A DNA stretch of 64,000 bases. Source: Clostridiales bacterium (GTDB taxonomy: Bacteria > Bacillota > Clostridia > Oscillospirales > CAG-272). Shown piece by piece: positions 37,868 through 46,807 of this stretch. Position 1 is the stretch's first letter. Each line of letters starts with the position of its first letter. Both the position numbers and the translations under genes were made by a program. The stretch lies in the NCBI GenBank assembly GCA_003522145.1, contig DPGD01000031.1, forward strand, positions 11,227 through 75,226, read 5' to 3'. The notes beneath the pieces are model-generated. The model made no database searches. It was not told the origin of the DNA and saw only the letters and a program-made list of their open reading frames with translations.

Positions 37868-39310
37868 ATGGTTGGAAAAATGAGTAAGGAAGAGAAAAAG
37901 ATACTTTTTGTTGCATCGGAAGCCAATCCTTATGCCGGCACCGGCGGCTTGGGCGATGTGATCGGCTCTTTGCCCAAATCCATTGCGGCGGCAGACCCTC
38001 AGGCAGATGTGCGTGTGGTGATCCCGCTTTACGGAACCATCAAAGAGGAATACCGGAAGCAGATGACCAAAGTGGACGAATTCTATGTGGGCTTATCCTG
38101 GCGGAATCAGTATTGCGGTGTCTATATGTTGAAAAATCAGGGAGTCACTTTTTATTTTCTGGACAACGAGTACTATTTCAAGAGAAATGTGCTCTACGGG
38201 AACTATGATGACGGCGAGCGGTACGCCTACTTCTGCAAAGCGGCTATGGAAATGACTGCAAGGCAGAATTTTATTCCGGACATTCTCCATGCAAACGACT
38301 GGCAGGCCGCTTTGAGCGTGATCTACCTGAAGTACAAATATCATTTTCCGGGAACAAAGGCCATCTACACGATTCACAACATTGAATATCAGGGAATGTA
38401 CGGTCTGGAAATCTTAGGCGATGTCTTTGATCTGGGGCCGGAAGCTCAGGCGGATGTGACCTACAACGGCTGTATCAACCTGACAAAGGGCGCCATGGTC
38501 TGTGCGGACAAGATCACTACGGTTTCACAGCGCTATTCCGAAGAAATCCGGATGGAATACTTCGCAAGCGGTCTGCACTATGCCGTGCGGGATTGCTCCT
38601 ACAAGCTCTGCGGCATTGTGAACGGCATTGATTATGCGGAATATGACCCGAAAAAGAACAAGGACATTCCGGCAAACTACTCCAAAACCAACATGAAGAA
38701 CAAGCAACTATGCAAATTGGAAGTACAACGGCTTTTCGGACTGCCCGAATCGCCTCATCCCCCCCTCGTTGCCATGATTTCCAGGCTTGCTTCCCACAAG
38801 GGCTTTGATTTGGTGCGCTATGTGATGGAGGACCTGCTGCAAAGGGATCTTCAATTCGTGCTGTTAGGCACGGGAGAAGCGGAATTGGAACAGTTTTTTG
38901 ACAATATGTCCAAGAAATACCCTCAGAAGTGCCGGGTGATGCTGGCGTACAACAAGGCGATTGCCAAGACGATTTACGCCGGCGCCGATATTTTTCTCAT
39001 GCCTTCCAAGAGCGAACCCTGCGGTCTTGCCCAGATGATGGCTTGCCGCTACGGCACGGTCCCGGTGGTCCGGGAGGTAGGGGGACTGTACGACACCATC
39101 CACGCCTTCAATCCCGAAACAGGAACCGGCAACGGAGTGACCTTCAAAAGCTACGACGCCTATGATATGCTGAACGCCGTGGATAGGGCGCTGGGACTCT
39201 ACGAAAACCAGAGAAACTGGAAAAAGATCACCTACAACGCCATGGATTCCGATTTCTCCTGGCAGCGTTCCGCCCAAAGCTATCTGGAGCTTTACAATTC
39301 CATTTTATAA
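37868..39310 (+). CDS. glgA: Glycogen synthase (ADP-glucose type, GT5)
   Basis: KILFVASEANPYAGTGGLGDV N-terminal motif and C-terminal PSKSEPCGL. The start may instead be ATG 37880. Confidence 0.95.
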   Translation: MVGKMSKEEKKILFVASEANPYAGTGGLGDVIGSLPKSIAAADPQADVRVVIPLYGTIKEEYRKQMTKVDEFYVGLSWRNQYCGVYMLKNQGVTFYFLDNEYYFKRNVLYGNYDDGERYAYFCKAAMEMTARQNFIPDILHANDWQAALSVIYLKYKYHFPGTKAIYTIHNIEYQGMYGLEILGDVFDLGPEAQADVTYNGCINLTKGAMVCADKITTVSQRYSEEIRMEYFASGLHYAVRDCSYKLCGIVNGIDYAEYDPKKNKDIPANYSKTNMKNKQLCKLEVQRLFGLPESPHPPLVAMISRLASHKGFDLVRYVMEDLLQRDLQFVLLGTGEAELEQFFDNMSKKYPQKCRVMLAYNKAIAKTIYAGADIFLMPSKSEPCGLAQMMACRYGTVPVVREVGGLYDTIHAFNPETGTGNGVTFKSYDAYDMLNAVDRALGLYENQRNWKKITYNAMDSDFSWQRSAQSYLELYNSIL

Positions 39311-39339
39311 TTTTTTAGGAAAGCGAATAGAAATCAAAC

Positions 39340-41787
39340 ATGAATAAACAAACAGCTACAACCATAAAAGAAGCAGTCAGCGAAAAGGATTTCATTTCAG
39401 CCCTATCCGGAAAGTTGGCCCGCTACTATAATGTCACTATGGAGGAAGCCGGTAAGGAACAGTATTTCGGTGCCCTTCAGCTGGTGGTTCGGGATATTCT
39501 TTCTCAGAAAAGAGCCAAGTTCAAGGAACACATCCGGAAAGAACAGGCAAAGAGAGTGTACTATCTCTGCATCGAATTTCTGATTGGCAGACAGTTGAAG
39601 AACAACATCCTGAATCTGGGGATGGAAACAGAAGTCCGTGAGCTTCTTTCCAAAAGAGGACTGACCTTTGAGGAGGTTTGCGAGCTGGAAGCAGACCCGG
39701 GCTTGGGCAACGGAGGCTTGGGGCGTCTGGCGGCCTGCTTTATGGACGCTTTGACTACCGGAGACTATCCGGCTACCGGATGCTGCATTCTCTACGACTA
39801 CGGTATGTTCAAGCAGAAGATCGTGGACGGCGAGCAGGTGGAATTGCCGGACATCTGGCTGCCTTCGGAAAGTCCTTCGCTGATTCCCCGCAACGATAAA
39901 GCGGTCACTGTCCGCTTCGGCGGAAAGATCCAGGAGAAATGGACAAACGATCACTGTGAAATTATTCACACCGACTATGAGGAGGTACAGGCGATCCCCT
40001 ATGACCTTCTGATCTCCGGCTATGATTGCAAAGCGGTCAACACTTTGCGGCTTTACAGAGCCAAGGACACCAGAACCTTCAATATGGGACTGTTTTCTCA
40101 GGGAGAATATGTAAAGGCTATTCAGGAATCCTCCAATGCGGAGGTAATTTCAAAGGTTCTTTACCCGGCAGATAACCATACGGAAGGAAAAATCCTGCGC
40201 CTGACCCAACAGTATTTTTTGGTGTCCGCTTCCTTGCAGAACATTATTTCCGATCATCTGCGGCGCTATGGAACCTTGTCCAACTTCTCCGAGAAGGTGG
40301 CTCTCCACATCAATGATACCCATCCCGCCCTGGTGGTTCCCGAATTGATGAGAATTCTGATGGACATCTATTCCTATTCCTGGGAGGAGGCATGGAATGT
40401 GGTGACCCAAACCGTCACCTACACCAACCACACCGTTTTGCCGGAGGCCTTGGAATGCTGGAACGAGGATCTGTTTGCCCTGCGTCTGCCCCGTATTCAC
40501 AGCATTATCTGTGAGATCAACCGCCGTTTTTGTGCGGATCTGTGGAATGCTTACCCCGGCGACTGGGATCGGATTTCCAGAATGTCCATCGTTTGCAACC
40601 ACAGCGTACGGATGGCCAATCTGTCTGTGGTGGCCTCTCATACGGTCAACGGCGTTTCGGAACTGCATTCCGAAATCCTCAAGAATACCGTTTTCCGGGA
40701 TTTCTATACCTACACACCCGGAAAATTCACCAATGTGACTAACGGAATCGCCCATAGGCGCTGGCTTTGCTTCTCCAATCCGGGACTTGCGTCACTTTTG
40801 GATGAAACGATCGGGGTCTCCTACCGGAAACAGCCTGAAAATCTGAAGGATTTTCTGAAATACGAAGAGGACAAACAGGTTTTACAGCGTTTGGCCGCTA
40901 TCAAAAGAGAAAACAAGGTTCGTTTTTCCGAGTATTGCAGGGAACGAACCGGCATCCTGCCGGATCCGGATTCCCTGTTCGATGTACAGATCAAAAGAAT
41001 GCACGAATATAAAAGGCAGCTTTTGAACTGCCTGCGGATCATTTATCTGTACGATCAGCTCTTGGAAAATCCGGATTTGGAGATGCAGCCTCAGACCTTC
41101 ATTTTCGGTGCCAAGGCGGCTCCCGGATATTACATGGCCAAAAAGATCATTACGCTCATCTGGAATATCAGCAGGGAAATCGAAAAGAACCCGAAAATTG
41201 CCGAAAAATTAAGGGTGATTTTTATGGATGACTATAATGTTTCCATGGCCGAGATCCTCATTCCGGCTTCCGAAATCAGCGAGCAGATTTCTTTGGCAGG
41301 GAAGGAAGCCAGCGGCACCGGCAATATGAAGCAGATGATCAACGGCGCTCTGACCGTTGGTACCTATGACGGAGCCAACGTGGAAATGACCCAGGCGGTG
41401 GGTGAGGACAATATTTATATTTTCGGTCTTCGGAACAACGAAGTGGATGAATTGTGGAAAAAGGGCTACTGTGCCTCCGACTACTACAACAACAGTCCGG
41501 CCCTTCGCCGCACCATTGGCCGGTTGAGCGAAGGCTTTAACGGTGTTTCCTTCAAGGAAATGGCATCCTATCTGCTGATGACTCAGGGAATAGCCGACCC
41601 CTATATGTGCCTTGCCGACTTTGACGATTATTGCACGACCCACGATCGGGCGTTGGCCGACTACAAGGATACGCTCAAGTGGAACAGAATGTCCCTGCAC
41701 AACATCGCCGGTGCAGGCTATTTTGCCGCCGATCGGAGCATTGGAGAGTATGCGGACCGAATCTGGAAATTAAAGGCCGTGAAATGA
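39340..41787 (+). CDS. glgP: Glycogen/maltodextrin phosphorylase (GT35)
   Basis: EASGTGNMK pyridoxal-phosphate lysine motif and GLGNGGLGRLAACF. Confidence 0.95.
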   Translation: MNKQTATTIKEAVSEKDFISALSGKLARYYNVTMEEAGKEQYFGALQLVVRDILSQKRAKFKEHIRKEQAKRVYYLCIEFLIGRQLKNNILNLGMETEVRELLSKRGLTFEEVCELEADPGLGNGGLGRLAACFMDALTTGDYPATGCCILYDYGMFKQKIVDGEQVELPDIWLPSESPSLIPRNDKAVTVRFGGKIQEKWTNDHCEIIHTDYEEVQAIPYDLLISGYDCKAVNTLRLYRAKDTRTFNMGLFSQGEYVKAIQESSNAEVISKVLYPADNHTEGKILRLTQQYFLVSASLQNIISDHLRRYGTLSNFSEKVALHINDTHPALVVPELMRILMDIYSYSWEEAWNVVTQTVTYTNHTVLPEALECWNEDLFALRLPRIHSIICEINRRFCADLWNAYPGDWDRISRMSIVCNHSVRMANLSVVASHTVNGVSELHSEILKNTVFRDFYTYTPGKFTNVTNGIAHRRWLCFSNPGLASLLDETIGVSYRKQPENLKDFLKYEEDKQVLQRLAAIKRENKVRFSEYCRERTGILPDPDSLFDVQIKRMHEYKRQLLNCLRIIYLYDQLLENPDLEMQPQTFIFGAKAAPGYYMAKKIITLIWNISREIEKNPKIAEKLRVIFMDDYNVSMAEILIPASEISEQISLAGKEASGTGNMKQMINGALTVGTYDGANVEMTQAVGEDNIYIFGLRNNEVDELWKKGYCASDYYNNSPALRRTIGRLSEGFNGVSFKEMASYLLMTQGIADPYMCLADFDDYCTTHDRALADYKDTLKWNRMSLHNIAGAGYFAADRSIGEYADRIWKLKAVK

Positions 41788-43664
41788 TGGCAGAGCTTTT
41801 GAAGGACAATCAGGTGCGGGTGGAGCTGCAGGCCTCCCGCACCAAGGAAGCACGGCTGTTTTCTTCCTTTGAGTATGGAGAAAACCTGAATTTTTCCCTG
41901 GTTTTCGGCGATTTTGCTCTTGCGCAGAATGCCGTCATGCAGTTGGTCCGGGACGAGGACGGGGAGGAACTGTACATTCAGGGCACGAAAATCGGCAATC
42001 GGTTTGATTTTCCGATAGACACCGCCCGCATCTGCCCGGAGAGTGAACAGCGGGGATTGTTTTACTATCTCTTCTTTCTGGATAACCGGGTCCTTTCCCA
42101 GAACGAATTCGGTTTCGGAATGTACATTTCTGACTCTGCCAAGGACTGCAGTCGGTTTCAGCTTTCGGTATATCAACAGGGAACCAACCGTCCGACCGGA
42201 AAGGAAGGGGGAATTCTCTACCAGATCTTTCCCGACCGCTTTTGCAAAAGCGACCGGTCTTTTACGAAGGAAGGGGCGGTGCTTGAAGAGGATTGGTATG
42301 CCAACATCCGGGAATATGCCGAAAAGCCGGGAGACCCGGTGAAAAACAACCATTTCTTTGGGGGAGATCTGTACGGAGTGGCATCCAAGCTGGAGTATCT
42401 TGAAAGCCTTGGGGTGACCATGCTCTATCTGAATCCCATTTTCAAGGCGGCCTCCAACCATCGCTACGACACCGGAGACTACAGTCAGGTGGATGAGTTG
42501 CTCGGCGGGGAGGAGGGCCTTCGGTACCTGCTGGAAGTCTGCAGGGATTATGGAATCGAGGTCATTCTGGACGGAGTGTTCAATCATACCGGTGCGGACA
42601 GCCTTTATTTCAACAAGGAAGGCCGCTATCCCTCTGTAGGTGCCTATCAAAGCAAGACCTCCCCCTATTTTGACTGGTACACCTTCAAGGAGTTTCCCGA
42701 TTCCTATGATTGCTGGTGGGGAATAAAAATTCTGCCGAAGGTAAACTTCCGGAACGAAAGCTATCGAAATTTCATTGCCGGGAAAGACGGTATTCTTGAA
42801 AAGTACATGAAAATGGGTGTTGCCGGCTGGCGACTGGATGTGGCAGACGAATTGTCAGATGAAATGCTGGATGCCATCCGCCAAAGGGTAGCGCAGAACG
42901 ATCCCTGCGCTCCTGTTTTCGGCGAAGTGTGGGAGGACGCCTCCAACAAGATTGCCTATTCCCAAAGAAGGCATTATTTTACCGGAGGACAACTGACCTC
43001 GGTGATGAACTATCCGTTAAAAAATGCGATCATTGCGTTTCTTTCCGAGAGAGATGCGGAATTCCTGTTTTTCACCATGCGGATTCTGTACAGCCACTAT
43101 CCGAAGGCCGTGTCGGATATGCAGATGAATCTGCTGTCGACCCACGATACCGAACGAATCCTGACGGTCTTAGCCGGCTCTCCCCAAGGGAACGAGGACA
43201 ATGCAGTGTTATCCGCCGCCCGCCTTTCGGAAGAGGAGCGGAGAAATGCCAAAAGGCTTTTGAAGCTCGCTGTGATTCTTCAGATGTTTTTGCCCGGAAT
43301 TCCCTGCATTTACTACGGCGATGAAATCGGTATGGAGGGATACCGGGATCCCTTTAACCGACAGACTTATAAGTGGGGACAGGAGGATGAGGAGGTTCTT
43401 GCTTTCTATCGGAAGGTCACAAAGCTTCGCCGTTCTCTACTCCTGCTTGCCGACGCTTACTATGAAGGGTGTTCCTGTGAAAACGGATTGTTTGTTTTTC
43501 GCCGTTTTGACGACAGACAGACCTTAACGGTAGCGGTGAACCGTTCGGAAGAAGAGAGAGGTTTTGAAGCTCCGATGGAGTCCTGCTCGCTGTTCCGTCA
43601 GGTGACGGGCAGGCGCTTCACGGTGGAACCGGACGGCTTTGAAGTGGTTTTGTCCTTGGAGTAA
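41784..43664 (+). CDS. GH13 alpha-glycosidase (neopullulanase/amylopullulanase-like), last enzyme of the glycogen operon
   Basis: GH13 regions DGVFNH, GWRLDVADE, EVWE and LLSTHD. ATGA overlap with the glgP stop. The ORF-track N-terminal extension (41631) is rejected. Confidence 0.88.
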   Translation: MMAELLKDNQVRVELQASRTKEARLFSSFEYGENLNFSLVFGDFALAQNAVMQLVRDEDGEELYIQGTKIGNRFDFPIDTARICPESEQRGLFYYLFFLDNRVLSQNEFGFGMYISDSAKDCSRFQLSVYQQGTNRPTGKEGGILYQIFPDRFCKSDRSFTKEGAVLEEDWYANIREYAEKPGDPVKNNHFFGGDLYGVASKLEYLESLGVTMLYLNPIFKAASNHRYDTGDYSQVDELLGGEEGLRYLLEVCRDYGIEVILDGVFNHTGADSLYFNKEGRYPSVGAYQSKTSPYFDWYTFKEFPDSYDCWWGIKILPKVNFRNESYRNFIAGKDGILEKYMKMGVAGWRLDVADELSDEMLDAIRQRVAQNDPCAPVFGEVWEDASNKIAYSQRRHYFTGGQLTSVMNYPLKNAIIAFLSERDAEFLFFTMRILYSHYPKAVSDMQMNLLSTHDTERILTVLAGSPQGNEDNAVLSAARLSEEERRNAKRLLKLAVILQMFLPGIPCIYYGDEIGMEGYRDPFNRQTYKWGQEDEEVLAFYRKVTKLRRSLLLLADAYYEGCSCENGLFVFRRFDDRQTLTVAVNRSEEERGFEAPMESCSLFRQVTGRRFTVEPDGFEVVLSLE

Positions 43665-43686
43665 AAGAGAAAAGGAGTCTTAAGGT

Positions 43687-44292
43687 ATGGTACAAACAAA
43701 GAAAAATGAACATCTGGAGCGATTTGCTTATATTGTGCGGATCCTGACCGCTCCCTCTATTTTGGCTGTCCTTTTGGCAACGGTCCTGTTTTTGGAACTC
43801 GAGGAGATTTCTTTTCCCGACTATCTGTTGCTCGCTCTCTTTGAAGGTATAATCCCGATTCTTGGGTACCCCATTTGCTTTTTTGTGCCGACTCTTCACA
43901 AGAAGGGAAGAGATTTTGAACGGAAAGCGGCCTTTTTATGCTCGATTGTCGGCTATACCGGCGGAGTGATCTACGGATTGTGCGCACAGAAAGGAACGGT
44001 TCTGCTGACCGCCTATTTTTCCTATTTCGCTTCGGTGGTCGTTCTGACCGTCGTCAACAAGGTTTTCCGTATTAAAGCCAGCGGCCATGCCTGCGGTATT
44101 TTCGGGCCGATGCTTTTGACCGTGCTTTTGTGCAGTCCGCTGTTTCTCATCCCCTGCTTATGCATTGCAGGATTGGTGGTCTTTTCCTCCCTGTATCTGA
44201 AACGGCACACCCTTTCCCAACTGATTCTCGGCAGTCTTTGTGCCGCTGTGTCCGTGGTGGTCGTGTGGCTGATTTTCAAATTTCTCCTGTAA
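43687..44292 (+). CDS. Integral membrane protein with weak PAP2-like motif spacing (tentative)
   Basis: AAAGGAG RBS and about 6 TM segments. K-x6-R, SGH and S-x6-H elements sit at PAP2-like spacing, but key residues are substituted. Confidence 0.55.
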   Translation: MVQTKKNEHLERFAYIVRILTAPSILAVLLATVLFLELEEISFPDYLLLALFEGIIPILGYPICFFVPTLHKKGRDFERKAAFLCSIVGYTGGVIYGLCAQKGTVLLTAYFSYFASVVVLTVVNKVFRIKASGHACGIFGPMLLTVLLCSPLFLIPCLCIAGLVVFSSLYLKRHTLSQLILGSLCAAVSVVVVWLIFKFLL

Positions 44293-44303
44293 GATGCCTG
44301 TAT

Positions 44304-44345
44304 AAAAAAGCCTGAACCTCCTTTAAGCGGTGTTCAGGCTTTTTG
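44304..44345. terminator. Bidirectional terminator between convergent genes at the end of the glycogen cluster
   Basis: AAAAA-AGCCTGAAC (44309-44317) pairs with GTTCAGGCT-TTTT (44332-44344). Confidence 0.75.
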
Positions 44346-44383
44346 ACTTCTTGATTTTGGAAACCGGGTCCCTGTGGAACCGG

Positions 44384-45013
44384 TTATTTTCTTGCTTTTT
44401 GGCTTTCTTTCTTCTTTCTTCGTTCCTCTTTCACCAAGTCGTCCTTCAAAAAAGAAGCTACCAAAATTCCGGTCAGATTGTAAAGCAGAAAGACGACGAG
44501 GAAGGAAAGACCAAAGTGAAGTTCACCTTCTGTGATGTCTGTGTAGGCATAGAAGGGCACGATTTTCTGGATCAGACTGACCGCCGTAAAGGACAGCATC
44601 AGCGCCGACCACACAAACAGCGGGATGCGGCTGCGCAGTTTGCCCTCGGCAATAAAAAACAGCAGAAAGGAATATCCGCAGGCGGCCAGCATGAAAACGG
44701 CATAAAAAATGTAACGGTCAAAGGGAATCTCACGACCAAAAATAGTGACAGAACCGAATCGCAGGAAAAGGACTGCCAGAAGAGCCAAATGCGGATAAGC
44801 CAGCCGGTGAATCTTTTCTTCCGGTTGAAAATAAAAGTATGAAAGCAAAAAGCCGGAAAAAGCCAAGAGCGCACTGTCAAAAGAAAAGAAAATCTGAAAG
44901 CTTCCCTTGTTAAAAATCATGTTTATAAAGGAAAAGGGCAACAGAATTCCGCCGATTACCGCCAGAATGACGGAAAGTTTCCTGTTTTTTTCAAGATAGA
45001 GCTCTGCGTGCAT
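44384..45013 (-). CDS. Hypothetical polytopic membrane protein
   Basis: About 6 hydrophobic segments and a Lys/Arg-rich C-terminus. 43 nt downstream of the LRR lipoprotein gene on the same strand. Confidence 0.55.
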   Translation of the reverse strand: MHAELYLEKNRKLSVILAVIGGILLPFSFINMIFNKGSFQIFFSFDSALLAFSGFLLSYFYFQPEEKIHRLAYPHLALLAVLFLRFGSVTIFGREIPFDRYIFYAVFMLAACGYSFLLFFIAEGKLRSRIPLFVWSALMLSFTAVSLIQKIVPFYAYTDITEGELHFGLSFLVVFLLYNLTGILVASFLKDDLVKEERRKKKESQKARK

Positions 45014-45056
45014 GAGAACCTCCCAAAACGGTTTACTTCACCATACCCCAACTGTT

Positions 45057-46100
45057 TTATTTCCCATACCGAACCGTCAGAGTGTGGGCCTTGATTTCTT
45101 CACTTTCCACTTCAGGCTCAAAGTAGCAATTGAAGTTTTCCGACCAGCCCTCCAAAGGCTCTTCGGCATCGGTAGAAATCACCAGCTCCGGATTGCTCTG
45201 ATAAAAAGGGGCGCCCTCAATTCTCAAAAGATTCTTTGAAATACGAACCGAAGTCAGACCTTTGCAATGGAAGAAGGCGTAATCTCCAAGAAATTCCAGA
45301 GAGTCCGGCAGTGTGATCTCGGTCAGTCCCGTGCAATTGGAAAATGCGGAATCATTCAGAGATTTCAGGGAGTCGGGCAGGGCCAGCTTTTGCAAACCGG
45401 TGCAATCGGCAAAAGCGTTGGCGGAAATCTGCTCCACAGAATCCGGAAGTGTCAGAGATTTCAGCGAGGTGCAGAGGTTAAAAGCAGAGTAACCGATACT
45501 TTTCAAACCCTCCGGAAGGGAAATGCTGGCTAAAGAAGTGCAGCTGTCAAAACAGCTCAAGGGAATTTCGGACAGATTTGAAGGAAGGGAAACATCGCTA
45601 AGGCCTTGGCAGGAAATGAATATACTGTCTTCAAACAGCGACACCTCCTCGGGCAAGCGGGCATTCTCCAGTTTTTTACATCCGGCAAAGGCGCAAAGTC
45701 CGATCTCGGAAATGCCGTCCTCAATATACAAATGCTCTATTTTTTCATTGTCCAAAAAAGCACTTCTGGCTATACCGCTTACCTTTTTTCCGTCCGGGGT
45801 CTTGGAGGAAATATAGAGAAAATCCCCTTTGAAGCTGCCGATTCCGGAAACATAAATCTTTCCGTCCTCCTCAGTGTAAGAAAGACCCTTGGAGGCATAT
45901 ATGCGGACGGTTTCCACAGAACCGTTCCCGTCGGCACAGCTTCGTTGCAATTCGCCCTTTTCACTATATCCAGGCTGCTTTACCACCGTCCAGACTCCGG
46001 TTCCGCTCTCTTGTGTGCTTTTTCTGCAACCGACAGATGTAAATACCAAGCAGAACGATGTAAGAAATATAAGAAATCCTCCGGCAATTCGTTTGAACAT
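45057..46100 (-). CDS. Leucine-rich-repeat (BspA-like) surface lipoprotein
   Basis: Signal peptide ending in a lipobox-like SVGC. Tandem LRR units of about 23 aa (L..I.LP.SL..IG..AF..C..L). ATG 46100 preferred over the ORF-track GTG at 46112. Has its own promoter. Confidence 0.8.
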   Translation of the reverse strand: MFKRIAGGFLIFLTSFCLVFTSVGCRKSTQESGTGVWTVVKQPGYSEKGELQRSCADGNGSVETVRIYASKGLSYTEEDGKIYVSGIGSFKGDFLYISSKTPDGKKVSGIARSAFLDNEKIEHLYIEDGISEIGLCAFAGCKKLENARLPEEVSLFEDSIFISCQGLSDVSLPSNLSEIPLSCFDSCTSLASISLPEGLKSIGYSAFNLCTSLKSLTLPDSVEQISANAFADCTGLQKLALPDSLKSLNDSAFSNCTGLTEITLPDSLEFLGDYAFFHCKGLTSVRISKNLLRIEGAPFYQSNPELVISTDAEEPLEGWSENFNCYFEPEVESEEIKAHTLTVRYGK

Positions 46101-46144
46101 AAGAACACCCACCCTGTAAATACGATCCTTCCTGATTCTTCCTT

Positions 46145-46173
46145 ATTGTACCACAGCTTTCTGTTTTTTGCAA
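46145..46173 (-). promoter_or_regulatory. Sigma-A-type promoter for the LRR lipoprotein gene (TTGCAA-17-TACAAT on the minus strand)
   Basis: Read on the minus strand: TTGCAA (46173-46168), 17 nt spacer, TACAAT (46150-46145). Confidence 0.6.
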
Positions 46174-46460
46174 GTACCGATTTGCCGTCAGCGGTGTCTG
46201 TTGCGGCAAGACTGTATTTCCGGCCCCTGCACCATAGAGAAGGCACCCCTGCTTTTTTGAGAGGTGCCTTGAATACCTATGGCATGATTACCCGGAAGCT
46301 TATGAAGAAGAGGCGTGCTGATTCTCTGCAACAGAGAAACTCAAAACACAACCGAAATTTTATGCAGAGAAATTTAAAATTGCCTCGCACAACAAGATCG
46401 CCATCCAAATTTACCAGGAAAAATTCCGGGCGCTGAGGCATCCGGGATTTTTGTAAAGAG

Positions 46461-46523
46461 ATTTCACAGCGAAGCTATTTCACAGGGCGAAGCCATATTT
46501 CACTCGCCAAAGCCGAATTTCAC
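46461..46523. repeat. Decayed tandem direct repeat (about 3.5 units of 16-20 bp), each unit starting ATTTCAC
   Basis: ATTTCACAGCGAAGCT / ATTTCACAGGGCGAAGCCAT / ATTTCACTCGCCAAAGCCGA / ATTTCAC... starting at 46461, 46477, 46497 and 46517. It lies immediately downstream of the tRNA-Arg terminator. Confidence 0.7.
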
Positions 46524-46525
46524 TG

Positions 46526-46548
46526 AAAAAAGCACGCCGAAGCGTGCT
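46526..46548 (-). terminator. Intrinsic terminator of tRNA-Arg
   Basis: On the minus strand, AGCACGC-TTCG-GCGTGCT followed by TTTTTT, starting 7 nt after the CCA end. Confidence 0.8.
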
Positions 46549-46554
46549 TCTTTC

Positions 46555-46630
46555 TGGCGCACCCAGCAGGATTCGAACCTGCGACCTACCGGTTCGTAGC
46601 CGGGCACTCTATCCGCTGAGCTATGGGTGC
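46555..46630 (-). tRNA. tRNA-Arg (anticodon ACG), CCA encoded
   Basis: The reverse complement reads GCACCCATAGCTCAGCGGATAGAGTGCCCGGCTACGAACCGGTAGGTCGCAGGTTCGAATCCTGCTGGGTGCGCCA. It folds as a cloverleaf: 7 bp acceptor stem, GGTTCGAATCC T-arm, and anticodon loop CUACGAA (anticodon at 46595-46597). It has its own promoter and terminator. Confidence 0.93.
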
Positions 46631-46643
46631 ATCCACAGCTGAT

Positions 46644-46672
46644 AATATAACACATCTTTTCCGGGTTGTCAA
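46644..46672 (-). promoter_or_regulatory. Sigma-A-type promoter for tRNA-Arg (TTGACA-17-TATATT on the minus strand)
   Basis: Read on the minus strand: TTGACA (46672-46667), 17 nt spacer, TATATT (46649-46644). The -10 box ends 13 nt upstream of the mature tRNA 5' end. Confidence 0.7.
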
Positions 46673-46807
46673 GGGCTAAAACCAATTTTTTTGCTTTTTT
46701 TTAAACGGCAACATTTGGGTTAAAAACCGATCTGAATGCGGCCTTCCGTTCCGTATAAATCCGTCCGCAGGCAGACCTTCAGAGCGGTCCGATTTTAATT
46801 ATACAGG

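Noticed and set aside
45606-46436. A 276 aa plus-strand ORF spanning the LRR gene start and the adjacent intergenic region.
   Set aside because: Most of it is antisense to the well-supported LRR lipoprotein gene. It runs across that gene's promoter, has no RBS and shows no recognisable domain.
46284-46436. A small, highly basic ORF (44-50 aa) considered as a real gene.
   Set aside because: There is no convincing RBS or promoter, and I see no similarity to anything I recognise. It is mentioned only as part of the intergenic-gap finding.
46500-46685. A 61 aa minus-strand ORF overlapping the tRNA-Arg gene.
   Set aside because: It is explained entirely by the tRNA gene together with its promoter and terminator. 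There is no independent coding evidence.
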